IMG/VR virus record: IMGVR_UViG_3300037067_012225 | Span: 3,127 to 67,126 of that record | Reading direction: 5' to 3' (one strand) | Origin: a virus | Length of the DNA: 64,000 nucleotides | In this document: positions 1 to 8,931 of the stretch, piece by piece | How positions within the stretch are numbered: the stretch's first letter is position 1 | Layout: each line of letters opens with the position of its first letter | Translations under genes and position numbers: made by a program | The notes under the pieces: model-generated | Database searches by the model: none | What the model saw: the letters and a program-made list of their open reading frames with translations, nothing else | What the model was told of the DNA's origin: nothing

Positions 1-103
1 GCTAACTAATATCAAGTAGTATTTTAGTACTATAATTCCAATCACCCCGATCACCGGCAATTAAGCCAGTGCAGTTTCCTACCCTTTTAAAGGAGTTTCG
101 ACT

Positions 104-583
104 ATGAAGAGGTTCGTAGGTATTATGTGTTTGCTGATTGTCTTCACTTCAGTGGACGCAGCATTTGCTCGCGGTGGGCGTGGGTTATTTCATCGAGGCA
201 ACCAAGGAGGACGAACCTCCGCCTCCCAAAACGCACCGGTTGATAAGGCACCTACCTATGAGGTAGAACATCGCCTTCTCAAAGCCATCAACGCTATCAG
301 AGAACGGTACGGCTTGAGGGCGTTGATTTTGGACGTACAACTACATCGCACTGCTCGACAGCACTGCGGATGGATGGCCAATTCTCATAACATGGTCCAT
401 TCAACTTTCCCTTGTGCTGAGAACATCGCCATGGGACAGCCCGACGTTGACGATGTTATGAACACTTGGATGAATAGCAGTGGCCACCGAGCGAATATCC
501 TGAATCCCAGCTATACCAAAGTTGGGTTATCAGGATATGCCTCCCCGAGTGGGAGCCCTTTCTGGTGTCAACAGTTCAAATAA
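104..583 (+). CDS. Secreted CAP/SCP-domain protein
   Basis: N-terminal signal peptide. CAP motifs INAIRERYGL, AENIAMG and WMNSSGHRANIL. AAGGAG RBS upstream. Confidence 0.85.
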   Translation: MKRFVGIMCLLIVFTSVDAAFARGGRGLFHRGNQGGRTSASQNAPVDKAPTYEVEHRLLKAINAIRERYGLRALILDVQLHRTARQHCGWMANSHNMVHSTFPCAENIAMGQPDVDDVMNTWMNSSGHRANILNPSYTKVGLSGYASPSGSPFWCQQFK

Positions 584-621
584 TGAGGGCGTGGGCGTAT
601 TCTTCTTACTTTGAGGATATT

Positions 622-915
622 ATGTCAGAACCAGTTAGAATGGGTGTGGAAGTCAAGGACCGTGTTACCGGGCTGCGTGGAATTATCACCGGCAAAACGG
701 AATATATTAACGGCTGTGTTCAATGGCTTGTGAAGCCACCGGTCGACAAAGACGGGAAACTTGTTGACGGTTGCTGGATCGACACCATCCAACTCGAAGT
801 CGTCAGCCAAGGCATTACAGAACCAGAAACAGACAACACCACAAAGGACCACGTTAAAGAAGGTCCTGGTGGTCCGAGCACGGATGCTCCTTCGTCGTCT
901 TATCGCCGAAGTTAA
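622..915 (+). CDS. Hypothetical phage protein (small beta-rich, possibly SH3-like)
   Basis: ORF with start moved to ATG 622, which follows a GAGG RBS. Contains VKDRVTGLRGIITG...INGC. Confidence 0.6.
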   Translation: MSEPVRMGVEVKDRVTGLRGIITGKTEYINGCVQWLVKPPVDKDGKLVDGCWIDTIQLEVVSQGITEPETDNTTKDHVKEGPGGPSTDAPSSSYRRS

Positions 916-927
916 TAAGCCATGCTC

Positions 928-940
928 GTCGTGCTATAAC
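928..940 (+). promoter_or_regulatory. Extended -10 promoter-like motif GTCGTGCTATAAC
   Basis: TGn-TATAAc upstream of gene 986. The same TCGTGCTAT core recurs at 3988-4000 (-) and 48328-48340 (-). Confidence 0.5.
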
Positions 941-985
941 AATTTTCAAAGTTCAGCATCAGACTATCAGAAGCAGGAGTATACA

Positions 986-1723
986 ATGACCAAACTGCAT
1001 CAAATCGTTGCACTCGCGAATGGCAAGAAGCTGCGTGCAGTTTCTGGCCTTACTGAGTTGCACAAGACAGTACAAAAGTCTGCACAACTCGATGGCATCA
1101 CCAAAACTTACCGGACAATCAATGAGGAAGGCGAGCAGATGCCGCCCGAGGGTAAGAGGGTTCAACTTCGCGTCTCGGAAGTGATCGCGAAAGCCAAGAC
1201 CATCTTATCTGACGTGATCGATATCGTCGCAACTCAAGACGTCTCAAACACCACAGCTTGGGCGGATGTCGTCGTCGACGGGAAAGTAATTGTCAGCCAT
1301 GTTCCGGCTGTCCATTTATTATTCCTTGAAGATCAACTCACTGATCTGCACACGTTCGTTTCGAAATTCCCGACTCTCGACCCGGCAGATAAGTGGTCTT
1401 ACAATGCAGAAATGGATTGTTATGCTACAGAGCCGTTTGAGCAGATCCGGACCAAGAAGATTCCGCGAAACAACGTGAAGTATCCTGCGACAGACAAACA
1501 TCCGGCTCAAGTTGAGACTTGGATGGAAGATGTCGCTGTCGGCTACTGGACGACAACCAAGTTTTCTGGTGGGATTCCGGACGCAGAGCGTCGTGCCCTA
1601 CTCGCCCGCATCATCAAACTCCAGGAAGCTGTGGTTGCGGCGAGGGGCGAGGCGAACAGCATCGAAGTGAAAGATGTTTCGGTAGCCAAGGAATTTCTTG
1701 GTTACATTTTTGATACACCCTGA
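986..1723 (+). CDS. Conserved helical protein, possibly DIP1984/septicolysin-like; candidate partner of the downstream ncRNAs
   Basis: Start ATG 986 follows AGGAG. The pattern MTKLHQIVA...EEGEQMPPE...IDIVATQDVSN...KLQEAVVAARGEANSIEV resembles the DIP1984-like layout by eye only. Confidence 0.7.
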   Translation: MTKLHQIVALANGKKLRAVSGLTELHKTVQKSAQLDGITKTYRTINEEGEQMPPEGKRVQLRVSEVIAKAKTILSDVIDIVATQDVSNTTAWADVVVDGKVIVSHVPAVHLLFLEDQLTDLHTFVSKFPTLDPADKWSYNAEMDCYATEPFEQIRTKKIPRNNVKYPATDKHPAQVETWMEDVAVGYWTTTKFSGGIPDAERRALLARIIKLQEAVVAARGEANSIEVKDVSVAKEFLGYIFDTP

Positions 1724-1743
1724 AAGTCGCTATAAGCGACGGG

Positions 1744-1914
1744 TGCTAGAAGGTAGCGTAAACTCAATCTCAAATTCAAGTTCATGAACAGAAACCCAAA
1801 AGCCCAGGTTCGAATCCTGGTCCCCGCACTTATGAAGAGAACACGCGGGGATAGCCCAGTGGCAGAGGCAAGTTTCAGTTCACCAAGATTCAAGTTTTCG
1901 CTACAAACTTAGCA
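1744..1914 (+). ncRNA. Y RNA (YrlA)-like RNA 1: long stem plus circularly permuted tRNA-like domain
   Basis: T arm CCAGG-TTCGAAT-CCTGG (1804-1820). Acceptor stem TCCCCGC (1821-1827)/GCGGGGA (1845-1851). D arm TA-GCCCAGTGGCAGAGGC (1852-1869). Flanks pair: GAAAC/GTTTC, TGAAC/GTTCA, AATCT/AGATT, AAACT/AGTTT, GTAGCG/CGCTAC, TGCTA/TAGCA. Confidence 0.8.
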
Positions 1915-1916
1915 GC

Positions 1917-2088
1917 GCGTCGAGGATCAAATCGAGTTTTCAACCACAATCAACCATGGATGCCTGTGCAATTCAGGCCGACCTCTCTTGGGCAGAAATT
2001 TTATGGGGTCGTCGTACAATCGTAGTACACATGGGTTTCAAACTCAAAGGTTGAGATTCGGATAACGTTGATCTGTGAAATTCGACGC
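1917..2088 (+). ncRNA. Y RNA (YrlA)-like RNA 2: same permuted tRNA-like architecture
   Basis: T arm GCCTG-TGCAATT-CAGGC (1962-1978). Acceptor stem CGACCTC (1979-1985)/GGGGTCG (2005-2011). D arm GTAC-AATCGTA-GTAC (2014-2028). Flanks pair: CCATG/CATGG, TCAACC/GGTTGA, TCGAGTT/GATTCGG, GGATCAA/TTGATCT, GCGTCGA/TCGACGC. Confidence 0.75.
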
Positions 2089-2113
2089 ACAATTGTAGTA
2101 ATACAATTACACA

Positions 2114-2152
2114 GCCCCGGTGGATCGGAAACTTCCACTGGGGCACTTTTTT
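2114..2152 (+). terminator. Intrinsic terminator
   Basis: 11-bp stem GCCCCGGTGGA/TCCACTGGGGC (one G-U pair) followed by ACTTTTTT. Confidence 0.8.
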
Positions 2153-2154
2153 AG

Positions 2155-2526
2155 ATGTCAAAAGTTGAACGATATTTCCGTCTCGCGAAAACGGTAGCCG
2201 TGAAAGGTGATATCTCTGACGCCAAGCGCAAATATCGGCTCGGTGCGGTAGGAGTCAGAAGCGATGGCACCGTGGTGACGGCCAATAACGTTCCGTGCAG
2301 ACAACCGAACGCCAGAGCGTGTTCTCATGCCGAGGCAAGATTAGTAAGGAAGCTTAATCACGGCTCTGAGATGTATGTCGTCAGAATTCTACGCGACAAC
2401 ACCCTCAGTAGTGCCTACCCATGTGTGAAGTGTCAGAATGCGATGCGTCTTAGAGGGATACGCCGTGTTTATTACTCGATTTCAGATAATCAATACGGCG
2501 TGATTATCTTCACACATCTACGTTAA
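2155..2526 (+). CDS. Zinc-dependent cytidine/dCMP deaminase-fold protein
   Basis: HAE and PCxxC (PCVKC) motifs. Confidence 0.8.
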   Translation: MSKVERYFRLAKTVAVKGDISDAKRKYRLGAVGVRSDGTVVTANNVPCRQPNARACSHAEARLVRKLNHGSEMYVVRILRDNTLSSAYPCVKCQNAMRLRGIRRVYYSISDNQYGVIIFTHLR

Positions 2527-3074
2527 GGCTTTTGAATAGCCCAAGATGGCCAATCTTTTGGGTATTCCTGAGTCAAGAACAACGTAAGATTGTTGTCTGC
2601 AACGAATTTGTCGACGTCTGGCTTGACATTCGACCATTGCATATGTGTATAATCGTGTCCGCACAACCAGCCACCATGTCTTAATTTTACCCACCAAGCT
2701 GCAATATCTTCTGCGGCTTTTGTATGATCGGCGTCGATATAGACCTTATCTAGTGTCTCGTCTGCAAACCGTTGTGCAGCAGTGGTCGAGAATTCCTTAA
2801 TAATGCGGACACGCTCGTCGCAAGCAAATCTCGACAATGTAAGCTGGTAATTTCTATCGTGATCAGCTTTCGCCGACGAATCTTTTTGTTGCCATACTGT
2901 TCCAGGTTGCTCTTGCCATGAATCGATGAGGTAGAGTTTATTTGGGCGATTGCCAGCTAATATTGTTAGTGAGAAGTCGCCACGTAGTACACCAACCTCG
3001 GCAAATACTCCGCCACGAGGCAGCGAATAAATCAGACTTACTCTGTTTTTCAGATTAAGGTTACTCATCTTCAA
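2523..3074 (-). CDS. Class I SAM-dependent methyltransferase (Methyltransf_24-like)
   Basis: Motifs AEVGVLRG, LYLIDSW, VYIDADH and GGWLCGHDY. Confidence 0.85.
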   Translation of the reverse strand: MKMSNLNLKNRVSLIYSLPRGGVFAEVGVLRGDFSLTILAGNRPNKLYLIDSWQEQPGTVWQQKDSSAKADHDRNYQLTLSRFACDERVRIIKEFSTTAAQRFADETLDKVYIDADHTKAAEDIAAWWVKLRHGGWLCGHDYTHMQWSNVKPDVDKFVADNNLTLFLTQEYPKDWPSWAIQKP

Positions 3075-3378
3075 TTATATCGTCATTCTGTTCGCCTGCT
3101 TCGACACCAATATGCCGCGTTGTATATTGGGAATCACAATAGCGGCATATAACAATATTTGGATAGCTCTGCCAACAGCCAGTTTCGCAGGGTTCGAGAT
3201 CCATCTCAATACGATCTTCGTCGGTTATTACAGTTGTAATAGATCGTTGAAAGTTTTCACGACCGCAATTAGGACAATCCCACATATAAGCAGGAGCTAA
3301 TTCGACGATTTCTTTTGCTAAGCAGATCCCACAGGTTGGACACTTAGATAGTTTGCCGTCTGCTTTGTGTTCGTCCAT
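3061..3378 (-). CDS. Zinc-ribbon protein
   Basis: Three CxxC pairs: CPTC, CPNC, CRYC. Confidence 0.6.
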   Translation of the reverse strand: MDEHKADGKLSKCPTCGICLAKEIVELAPAYMWDCPNCGRENFQRSITTVITDEDRIEMDLEPCETGCWQSYPNIVICRYCDSQYTTRHIGVEAGEQNDDIIEDE

Positions 3379-3433
3379 TATGAGTTCTTCTAGAGGTATA
3401 ACAAATCGTCCGTGATTTTATATACCTCATACC

Positions 3434-3982
3434 TCATTGATTGTGATTAGCAATGAACTCTTCGGACGGCATCCAACGCTTATGCTCGATAGATAAGACC
3501 TGCGGGAAAGCACGTATTAGAAAAGGATTATGGACGGCAGCGATAATCTGATGGCTCGTTGCCTGTAGTTTCGCAGTGATCTTATTTATTGATCGGATAC
3601 TTAGAGCCATATCTGGTTCATCGAGCACGAAGCACTTCTTTGTATTTGGCTCCTCATCCATAACGTCGAATAATGCAAGCACACAATTACCGTGCGACTG
3701 ATATCGCATATAGATGTCGGCTGCGAATTTGACATATCCTCTGGTTCTCGGATTGTCGCGCTCGAAGTCGAATATGCGTAATTCGACTGTGCCGTCGCAT
3801 TTCAGATCAGCTATCTTCTTTAGCTCCGTTTCCTGCTTAGTTGCCCATCGGAAAAGCGTGAGAATAGAGCTTTTGCCTGTTCCTTGATCACCCACCAGTA
3901 GATTGACACCGGGGTCAAATTCAAAGAAATCACCATCTTTAAAGCATCGCCAATCCGTCTTGAACCTTATCGATTTGATCAT
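3434..3982 (-). CDS. Small ABC/AAA-type ATPase
   Basis: Walker A GDQGTGKS, signature-like SHG, Walker B VLDEPD and H-loop AVHN. Start placed at ATG 3982. Confidence 0.85.
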   Translation of the reverse strand: MIKSIRFKTDWRCFKDGDFFEFDPGVNLLVGDQGTGKSSILTLFRWATKQETELKKIADLKCDGTVELRIFDFERDNPRTRGYVKFAADIYMRYQSHGNCVLALFDVMDEEPNTKKCFVLDEPDMALSIRSINKITAKLQATSHQIIAAVHNPFLIRAFPQVLSIEHKRWMPSEEFIANHNQ

Positions 3983-3987
3983 AAGAG

Positions 3988-4000
3988 ATAATAGCACGAC
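3988..4000 (-). promoter_or_regulatory. Extended -10 promoter, probably leaderless
   Basis: The minus strand reads GTCGTGC-TATTAT-CTCTT-ATG. Confidence 0.5.
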
Positions 4001-4032
4001 CAGGTATTAGAATTAACCTGGAGCCTCACTTA

Positions 4033-4041
4033 TGCTATAAT
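4033..4041 (+). promoter_or_regulatory. Extended -10 promoter TGCTATAAT, probably leaderless
   Basis: Perfect TGnTATAAT 6 nt before ATG 4048, with no SD. Confidence 0.6.
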
Positions 4042-4047
4042 AGAGAT

Positions 4048-4377
4048 ATGAAGTTCTTTCAAGCAGTAGGATCAAGCGGAACTTGTGGCCTTTGTGGCTG
4101 CAGTGACGGTGGGAATATATACTGCTTCGACACTACCGCCCGTCGCTTCTTGACGAATCTTACGCCGGATATGCTGTGCGAGACAAGGAAGTATAAGGAA
4201 GTCGACGTCGCCGACGCCAAGAAAATATTAATCTCTGCAGCAGAACACTGGCTCCGCACTAAAGAAGACCATTATCAGCATCTCTCTCAACAGCGTGACG
4301 CTGAGCTAGCCAAAATATTCAGAGAAATAGTGGCGGCAAGAACAGTCCTCTGCCAGATTAAGGATATACCAGAATGA
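4048..4377 (+). CDS. Hypothetical protein
   Basis: ORF directly behind a promoter motif. Confidence 0.6.
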   Translation: MKFFQAVGSSGTCGLCGCSDGGNIYCFDTTARRFLTNLTPDMLCETRKYKEVDVADAKKILISAAEHWLRTKEDHYQHLSQQRDAELAKIFREIVAARTVLCQIKDIPE

Positions 4378-4565
4378 GCTTAGGTGAAAACAATGGCGAT
4401 CCATTTGGCGTGTATTTGGATCGGTTTGATAGCGATGCATGACTGGAAGAACCAGAGGTCGCGAAGCCTTCGTTTTGGCAAACCCACCCGGTTCTTACTA
4501 CCATTCTACTCTGCGTCATAGCGCTACCATTCCTACTTATGCTAATGGCTATGGTGGTTCTGTAA
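4374..4565 (+). pseudogene. Small membrane-protein ORF interrupted by one in-frame TGA (4440-4442)
   Basis: The ATG overlaps the previous stop (ATGA) and follows AAGGA. Translation: MSLGENNGDPFGVYLDRFDSDA*LEEPEVAKPSFWQTHPVLTTILLCVIALPFLLMLMAMVVL. Confidence 0.45.
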
Positions 4566-4595
4566 AAGATACACTGGCAGTATTATAGGTGTATT

Positions 4596-4850
4596 ATGGG
4601 AATGATGAGTCCATCAAACGACGACATTGACGAACTTTCTAGGATGATTTCTGAGGACGTCAACGATTCGCCGCTTATAACGGTTCCAGGTTTTGGGCAG
4701 ATGACAAAGCAGCAGGCTTTGAATTCGACCATCACTTATCTAAGGCAGATGGCTGAGCAGCTTGAGCAAGGAACAGCAATTCCTTTACATTATTTCGATA
4801 TGGCTAAAGACCATTACCAAGCCTTTCTTGGCGAATCGGTCACTCCTTAA
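4596..4850 (+). CDS. Hypothetical protein
   Basis: ORF with an AGGTG RBS. Confidence 0.55.
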   Translation: MGMMSPSNDDIDELSRMISEDVNDSPLITVPGFGQMTKQQALNSTITYLRQMAEQLEQGTAIPLHYFDMAKDHYQAFLGESVTP

Positions 4851-4946
4851 GCTATATTGGTCCTTCATCGCCAGTTCGGCTATGTAGATAGTCCGGACAT
4901 TCTTGTTTTATTGTATATAACTTATCCATCGCCACCAGGATATAAC

Positions 4947-6545
4947 ATGAGCAAAGTAAAATTCCACTCAGTCGATCAGCCGGAATCAGATATCACAACG
5001 TTTGTGTTAAGCTGCAACAGGCTTGATGTCCTGCGGAAGACTATGAAATCTTTTGCGGATACGAAGGATTATACGACCAAAATGGTCATAGTTGATGATA
5101 GTGCCGCAGATGGCGTTTTTGAAAAATTGGTGGAAGAATACGGCAGCTATTGCGATGTCATATGTTTCCCGCATAATCGTAGTCAGTGGTGGGCTATGGA
5201 CTTCATGGTGTCATACTGCGACACCGAGTACATCTTCTACCTCGAAGACGACTGGGAGTTTTCGCGAACCGGTTATCTGAGCGATTCAAAGAAGATCTTA
5301 CAGAAATATCGCAATGTCGGCGTAGTCGATATTTCATGGCGAACGTTCGAATGGCAGGGGATCGATAGCTACGATAAGGAAATCGTCAGATTTAAGGCGG
5401 ACGATGATTCACAGGTGTCGTTCTACTGGAAGAAACCTTGGCGTATAACTGATTATCACTTAGCTTGGTATGGTTGGGTCGGCAGCCCGAACCTCAAACG
5501 CCGAGACGATCTTATTTTGCTGGGTCGTATCGAGAAGTGGCATGCAGAATGGAACATTGACAGAAAATTTCTGGCTATGGGCTTCAAGGCCGTCTTCTTG
5601 GATGGCCAATACTGCGCTCATCTTGGTGATAATTGCAGTGCTATGGCTGGTAAGCGGCCAGATGATTCGAAGACGCCAGACGACTACTATCCGAATGAAT
5701 TGAAGCACGACAGAATATTCCCACAACTCAACTATCGCTTCTTAGATAAAGATTATCGGCATCCATACGATATCACCATCGTGTCTGCTATGGTTGACCT
5801 TAATCGCAGCGACAGGAGTTTCGAGACTCATTATCTCGAAGGTGTTAAGAAACTTCTAAGCACCAGACATCGGTTGGTGTTATTCTGCGACGAGAAGTAC
5901 TTTGAACAAATGCGGCAACTTCGTGGTACTGGTGAATTAGAGCTACGCAAGTTCGATGCGTTAGATATCGAGCGTGCTGGCTACTTCGAGGGTGTACAGA
6001 AAGTCATATCAACCTATGCATGGAATAACCAATCGGCTTGGATGAAGGATAGTGTAATAGGATCGCGGCACTACATCCCGTTGACGTTAGCGAAGCAGCA
6101 TATGCTTGATGAGGCTTCGCGAATTAATAATAGCAGCTACTTCTATTGGGTCGATTCTGGTATTTGCAGCAGCTACCATATCGACGGCGATCTCAACCAG
6201 TTCTATTTCACACGCATACCAAAGAACCGATTTTTCCTCACGTCTTATGCATACTACACGAACGCCGAAATCCACGGCTATAACATCAACGGAATGATTG
6301 GTAGATGCACTAGGAATCCCAATTATGTCTGCCGTGCGACACTCTTTGGAGGTACTAAAGAGCAAATTCAACAGATGACGCCATTATTCTATACCGAAGT
6401 TAACTGGGCAGTCGAAAATGGTTATATGGGCACGGAAGAGGCGTTTTATACAATCTTGAGCGTTACACAACCAGACCTGTTCAACAGAGTAGAAATGCCG
6501 AATGGTGATATCAAAAATTACTTAAACACTCTGAAGCAATCATGA
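4947..6545 (+). CDS. GT-A (GT2-like) glycosyltransferase fused to an HtrL/YibB (WlaTC)-like domain
   Basis: N-terminal domain LSCNR...IVDD...YLEDDW. C-terminal domain ITIVSAMVDL...FYWVDSG...LFGG...GTEE. Start ATG 4947 follows AGGA. Confidence 0.75.
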   Translation: MSKVKFHSVDQPESDITTFVLSCNRLDVLRKTMKSFADTKDYTTKMVIVDDSAADGVFEKLVEEYGSYCDVICFPHNRSQWWAMDFMVSYCDTEYIFYLEDDWEFSRTGYLSDSKKILQKYRNVGVVDISWRTFEWQGIDSYDKEIVRFKADDDSQVSFYWKKPWRITDYHLAWYGWVGSPNLKRRDDLILLGRIEKWHAEWNIDRKFLAMGFKAVFLDGQYCAHLGDNCSAMAGKRPDDSKTPDDYYPNELKHDRIFPQLNYRFLDKDYRHPYDITIVSAMVDLNRSDRSFETHYLEGVKKLLSTRHRLVLFCDEKYFEQMRQLRGTGELELRKFDALDIERAGYFEGVQKVISTYAWNNQSAWMKDSVIGSRHYIPLTLAKQHMLDEASRINNSSYFYWVDSGICSSYHIDGDLNQFYFTRIPKNRFFLTSYAYYTNAEIHGYNINGMIGRCTRNPNYVCRATLFGGTKEQIQQMTPLFYTEVNWAVENGYMGTEEAFYTILSVTQPDLFNRVEMPNGDIKNYLNTLKQS

Positions 6546-6940
6546 AGATTACAGTCAATATTGCTTTACTCTTAGTCTTGATCACCACCGTTGTTGGATG
6601 GGGTGTGTCAGTCGAATCGAGATTGGCTGCTCAAGCAGAATCTTTGCAGCTTTCGAATCGAGTCAGGGCAATGGAAGAATTGATGTTGCCGCTTCTGATT
6701 GATTGGAAGACCCATAAAGAATTAGAGAAGTGGAAACAGAGGAATATCGATAAGATCAAAGGACAAGTCGACAAATCAGAAAAAGAGAAGACAAATGAAG
6801 TAAAGGCTATTGCGTCAGATGACGTAATACCAGTTCTTGTTAAACGCAGCGTAGACGCTTGGGCTAAGGGCGTATTTAAGGGGCAAGCGGAGTCTGGCGA
6901 CATGGTAACTCCAGCAGCAGAATCAATAGAGAAACATTGA
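6542..6940 (+). CDS. Membrane-anchored coiled-coil protein
   Basis: Hydrophobic N-terminal helix followed by a charged helical region. Confidence 0.6.
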   Translation: MKITVNIALLLVLITTVVGWGVSVESRLAAQAESLQLSNRVRAMEELMLPLLIDWKTHKELEKWKQRNIDKIKGQVDKSEKEKTNEVKAIASDDVIPVLVKRSVDAWAKGVFKGQAESGDMVTPAAESIEKH

Positions 6941-6958
6941 TATCGCAAGGAACATAAA

Positions 6959-8698
6959 GTGAGATTTCACATCCTAGGACTGCAGCACACCGTCTCATCG
7001 AAAGAGTTTGTTGCTTGTGCATATACTCAGAAGGTTGTGAAATTCGCGAAGATGATGACCGATCGCGGTCACACAGTCATCCATTACGGCCATGAGGCTT
7101 CAGACCTTCAATGTACAGAACATGTGCCAGTGCTTAGTGATGCGGACTGGAAGAAAGCTTATGGCGACCATGATTGGAGAAAGCATTTTTTCAAGTTCGA
7201 TACCGGAGATCATGCTTATACGACGTTCAATGCGAATGCGATAAGGGAGATTGGCAAGCGCAAGCAGAAGAACGACTTCATCTTACCGTTCTGGGGCGCA
7301 GGCCACAGGACGATCTGTGACGCACATCCCGATATGATCTGCGTTGAGCCTGGAATCGGATATGCCGGCGGTCATTGGGCGAAATACAAGATCTTCGAAT
7401 CATATGCCATATATCACGCCTACTATGGGCTGCAATCGGTAGGATCGTGCATACAGAATTGGTACGACACCGTTATTCCGAATTACTTCAACCCAGACGA
7501 ATTCGAATTCTCTGCTGAGAAGGACGACTATCTCCTATTCTGTGGTCGCGTCTATGTCGGTAAAGGTATTCATATAGCCGAGCAAATCGCGAAGGCCGTT
7601 GGGACGAAGTTATTGGTCGCCGGTCAGATGGGCGACTACGAATTGTCCAAAGACCCGCTTGTTGAATTTGTTGGATATGCTGATATCGAAACGCGCAAGA
7701 GGATCATGTCGCGTGCGAAGGGCCTTATCTTAGCAAGTCAATACAACGAGCCTTTTGGTGGCGTCCAAGTTGAATGCTTATTCTCAGGCACGCCGACGAT
7801 CACAACCGATTGGGGTGCGTTTACCGAAAACAACTTGCACGGCATCACAGGTTATCGTTGTCATACGTTCGAGCAATTTGTTTGGGCTGCGAAGAACATT
7901 CACAGAATCGATCCGCATGTTTGTCGTGCATGGGCACTAAACAACTTCTCAATGGAGCGAGTTGCCGGGATGTACGAGGAATTCTTTGATTCCATTCTCG
8001 ACATCCACGGCAAGCAGGGTTGGTATGAGCCGAAACCAAATAGAACTGACTTATTGTTTAACAAGAAGTTCTATCCGATAATCGAAGAGAAGATCGATTA
8101 CGAGCAGGTTGCTAAAGAAGAGAAGCCGTTCGCAGATCGATTAGCTGCCTGGGTCAAAGAAGCCATCGATCCAAAGGATGCTATTGATCTTGGCTGCGGA
8201 CCCGGCATTTATACGAAAGCATTGGTAGATGTCGGCATCGATTGTGTAGGGATTGACATCGACCCACGCGCTTGCGATAATGCGGCCATCAAAACAGAAG
8301 ATCTACTAACACTCGATGGCAAATATCAGAAGAATTTGGCGATATGTCTAGAGGTAGCGGAACATATCGATCCACAACACGCCGACAAACTTGTAGAGAA
8401 CATTTATAAATCAATCTTACCAGGTGGCATTCTGATCTGGACTGCGGCACGGCCTGGACAAGGAGGCGTCGGACATATTAACTGCCGACCGAAGCAATAT
8501 TGGCGTGAGAAATTCGAAGCACTTGGTATGGTTTATGATGACGATTTGCACGCCAAGTGTATAGAGTATTGTTTACAGGGTCCACATATGGGTTGGTTCA
8601 TAAATAACTTACTATGCTTTCGCAAGTACGCGCCGATGGTAGCGGAAGAGAAAGTCGTAGTTAAGGCGAAGCCTAAGAAGGCCAAGCAAACCAATTAG
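6959..8698 (+). CDS. GT-B (GT4-like) glycosyltransferase fused to a SAM methyltransferase
   Basis: GT4 motifs GRVYVGKG and EPFGGVQVE. Methyltransferase motifs DLGCGPG and CLEVAEHI. Confidence 0.85.
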   Translation: MRFHILGLQHTVSSKEFVACAYTQKVVKFAKMMTDRGHTVIHYGHEASDLQCTEHVPVLSDADWKKAYGDHDWRKHFFKFDTGDHAYTTFNANAIREIGKRKQKNDFILPFWGAGHRTICDAHPDMICVEPGIGYAGGHWAKYKIFESYAIYHAYYGLQSVGSCIQNWYDTVIPNYFNPDEFEFSAEKDDYLLFCGRVYVGKGIHIAEQIAKAVGTKLLVAGQMGDYELSKDPLVEFVGYADIETRKRIMSRAKGLILASQYNEPFGGVQVECLFSGTPTITTDWGAFTENNLHGITGYRCHTFEQFVWAAKNIHRIDPHVCRAWALNNFSMERVAGMYEEFFDSILDIHGKQGWYEPKPNRTDLLFNKKFYPIIEEKIDYEQVAKEEKPFADRLAAWVKEAIDPKDAIDLGCGPGIYTKALVDVGIDCVGIDIDPRACDNAAIKTEDLLTLDGKYQKNLAICLEVAEHIDPQHADKLVENIYKSILPGGILIWTAARPGQGGVGHINCRPKQYWREKFEALGMVYDDDLHAKCIEYCLQGPHMGWFINNLLCFRKYAPMVAEEKVVVKAKPKKAKQTN

Positions 8699-8931
8699 CA
8701 ATGACGCCAGTTTTTCTTGCGGCGTCTCGGTTTGACTTCTATCTCGTTTGTTGTAGAATATAAGATAGTGCCGTCGTATAGTTCTACACGTCCACGCTGC
8801 TCATTTCTTTCTACGTTTCTCAAACTATTAAAATCACAAGAACTTACCCTGTATTCGCGCACAATCGATAGCGGGACTTCAATCGTACCCAAGTAGAGAG
8901 TCTTAAACTTTAGAGTGCCTGATTGGTTCAT
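8695..8931 (-). CDS. Hypothetical protein
   Basis: Translationally coupled to the upstream nuclease gene. Confidence 0.5.
   Translation of the reverse strand: MNQSGTLKFKTLYLGTIEVPLSIVREYRVSSCDFNSLRNVERNEQRGRVELYDGTILYSTTNEIEVKPRRRKKNWRHC

Noticed and set aside
761..985. N-terminal extensions in the ORF track (761, 4857, 14239, 23443, 30326, 45789, 46174)
   Set aside because: They overlap neighbouring genes or spacers. Downstream ATGs with an RBS or family-typical N-termini fit better.
1804..1870. Canonical tRNA gene (GGTTCGAATCC T-loop)
   Set aside because: The T arm precedes the D arm, there is no anticodon loop in order and there is no CCA. It was called a permuted tRNA-like domain instead.
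2031..2047. Opal-suppressor anticodon arm (TGGG-TTTCAAA-CTCA) that might read the TGA at 4440
   Set aside because: Only 4 bp, it competes with the CCATG/CATGG helix, and no T arm follows. Too speculative.
1744..2088. Two-piece (permuted) tmRNA
   Set aside because: No G3-U70 alanine determinant in either acceptor stem, full D arms are present and no tag reading frame was recognised.
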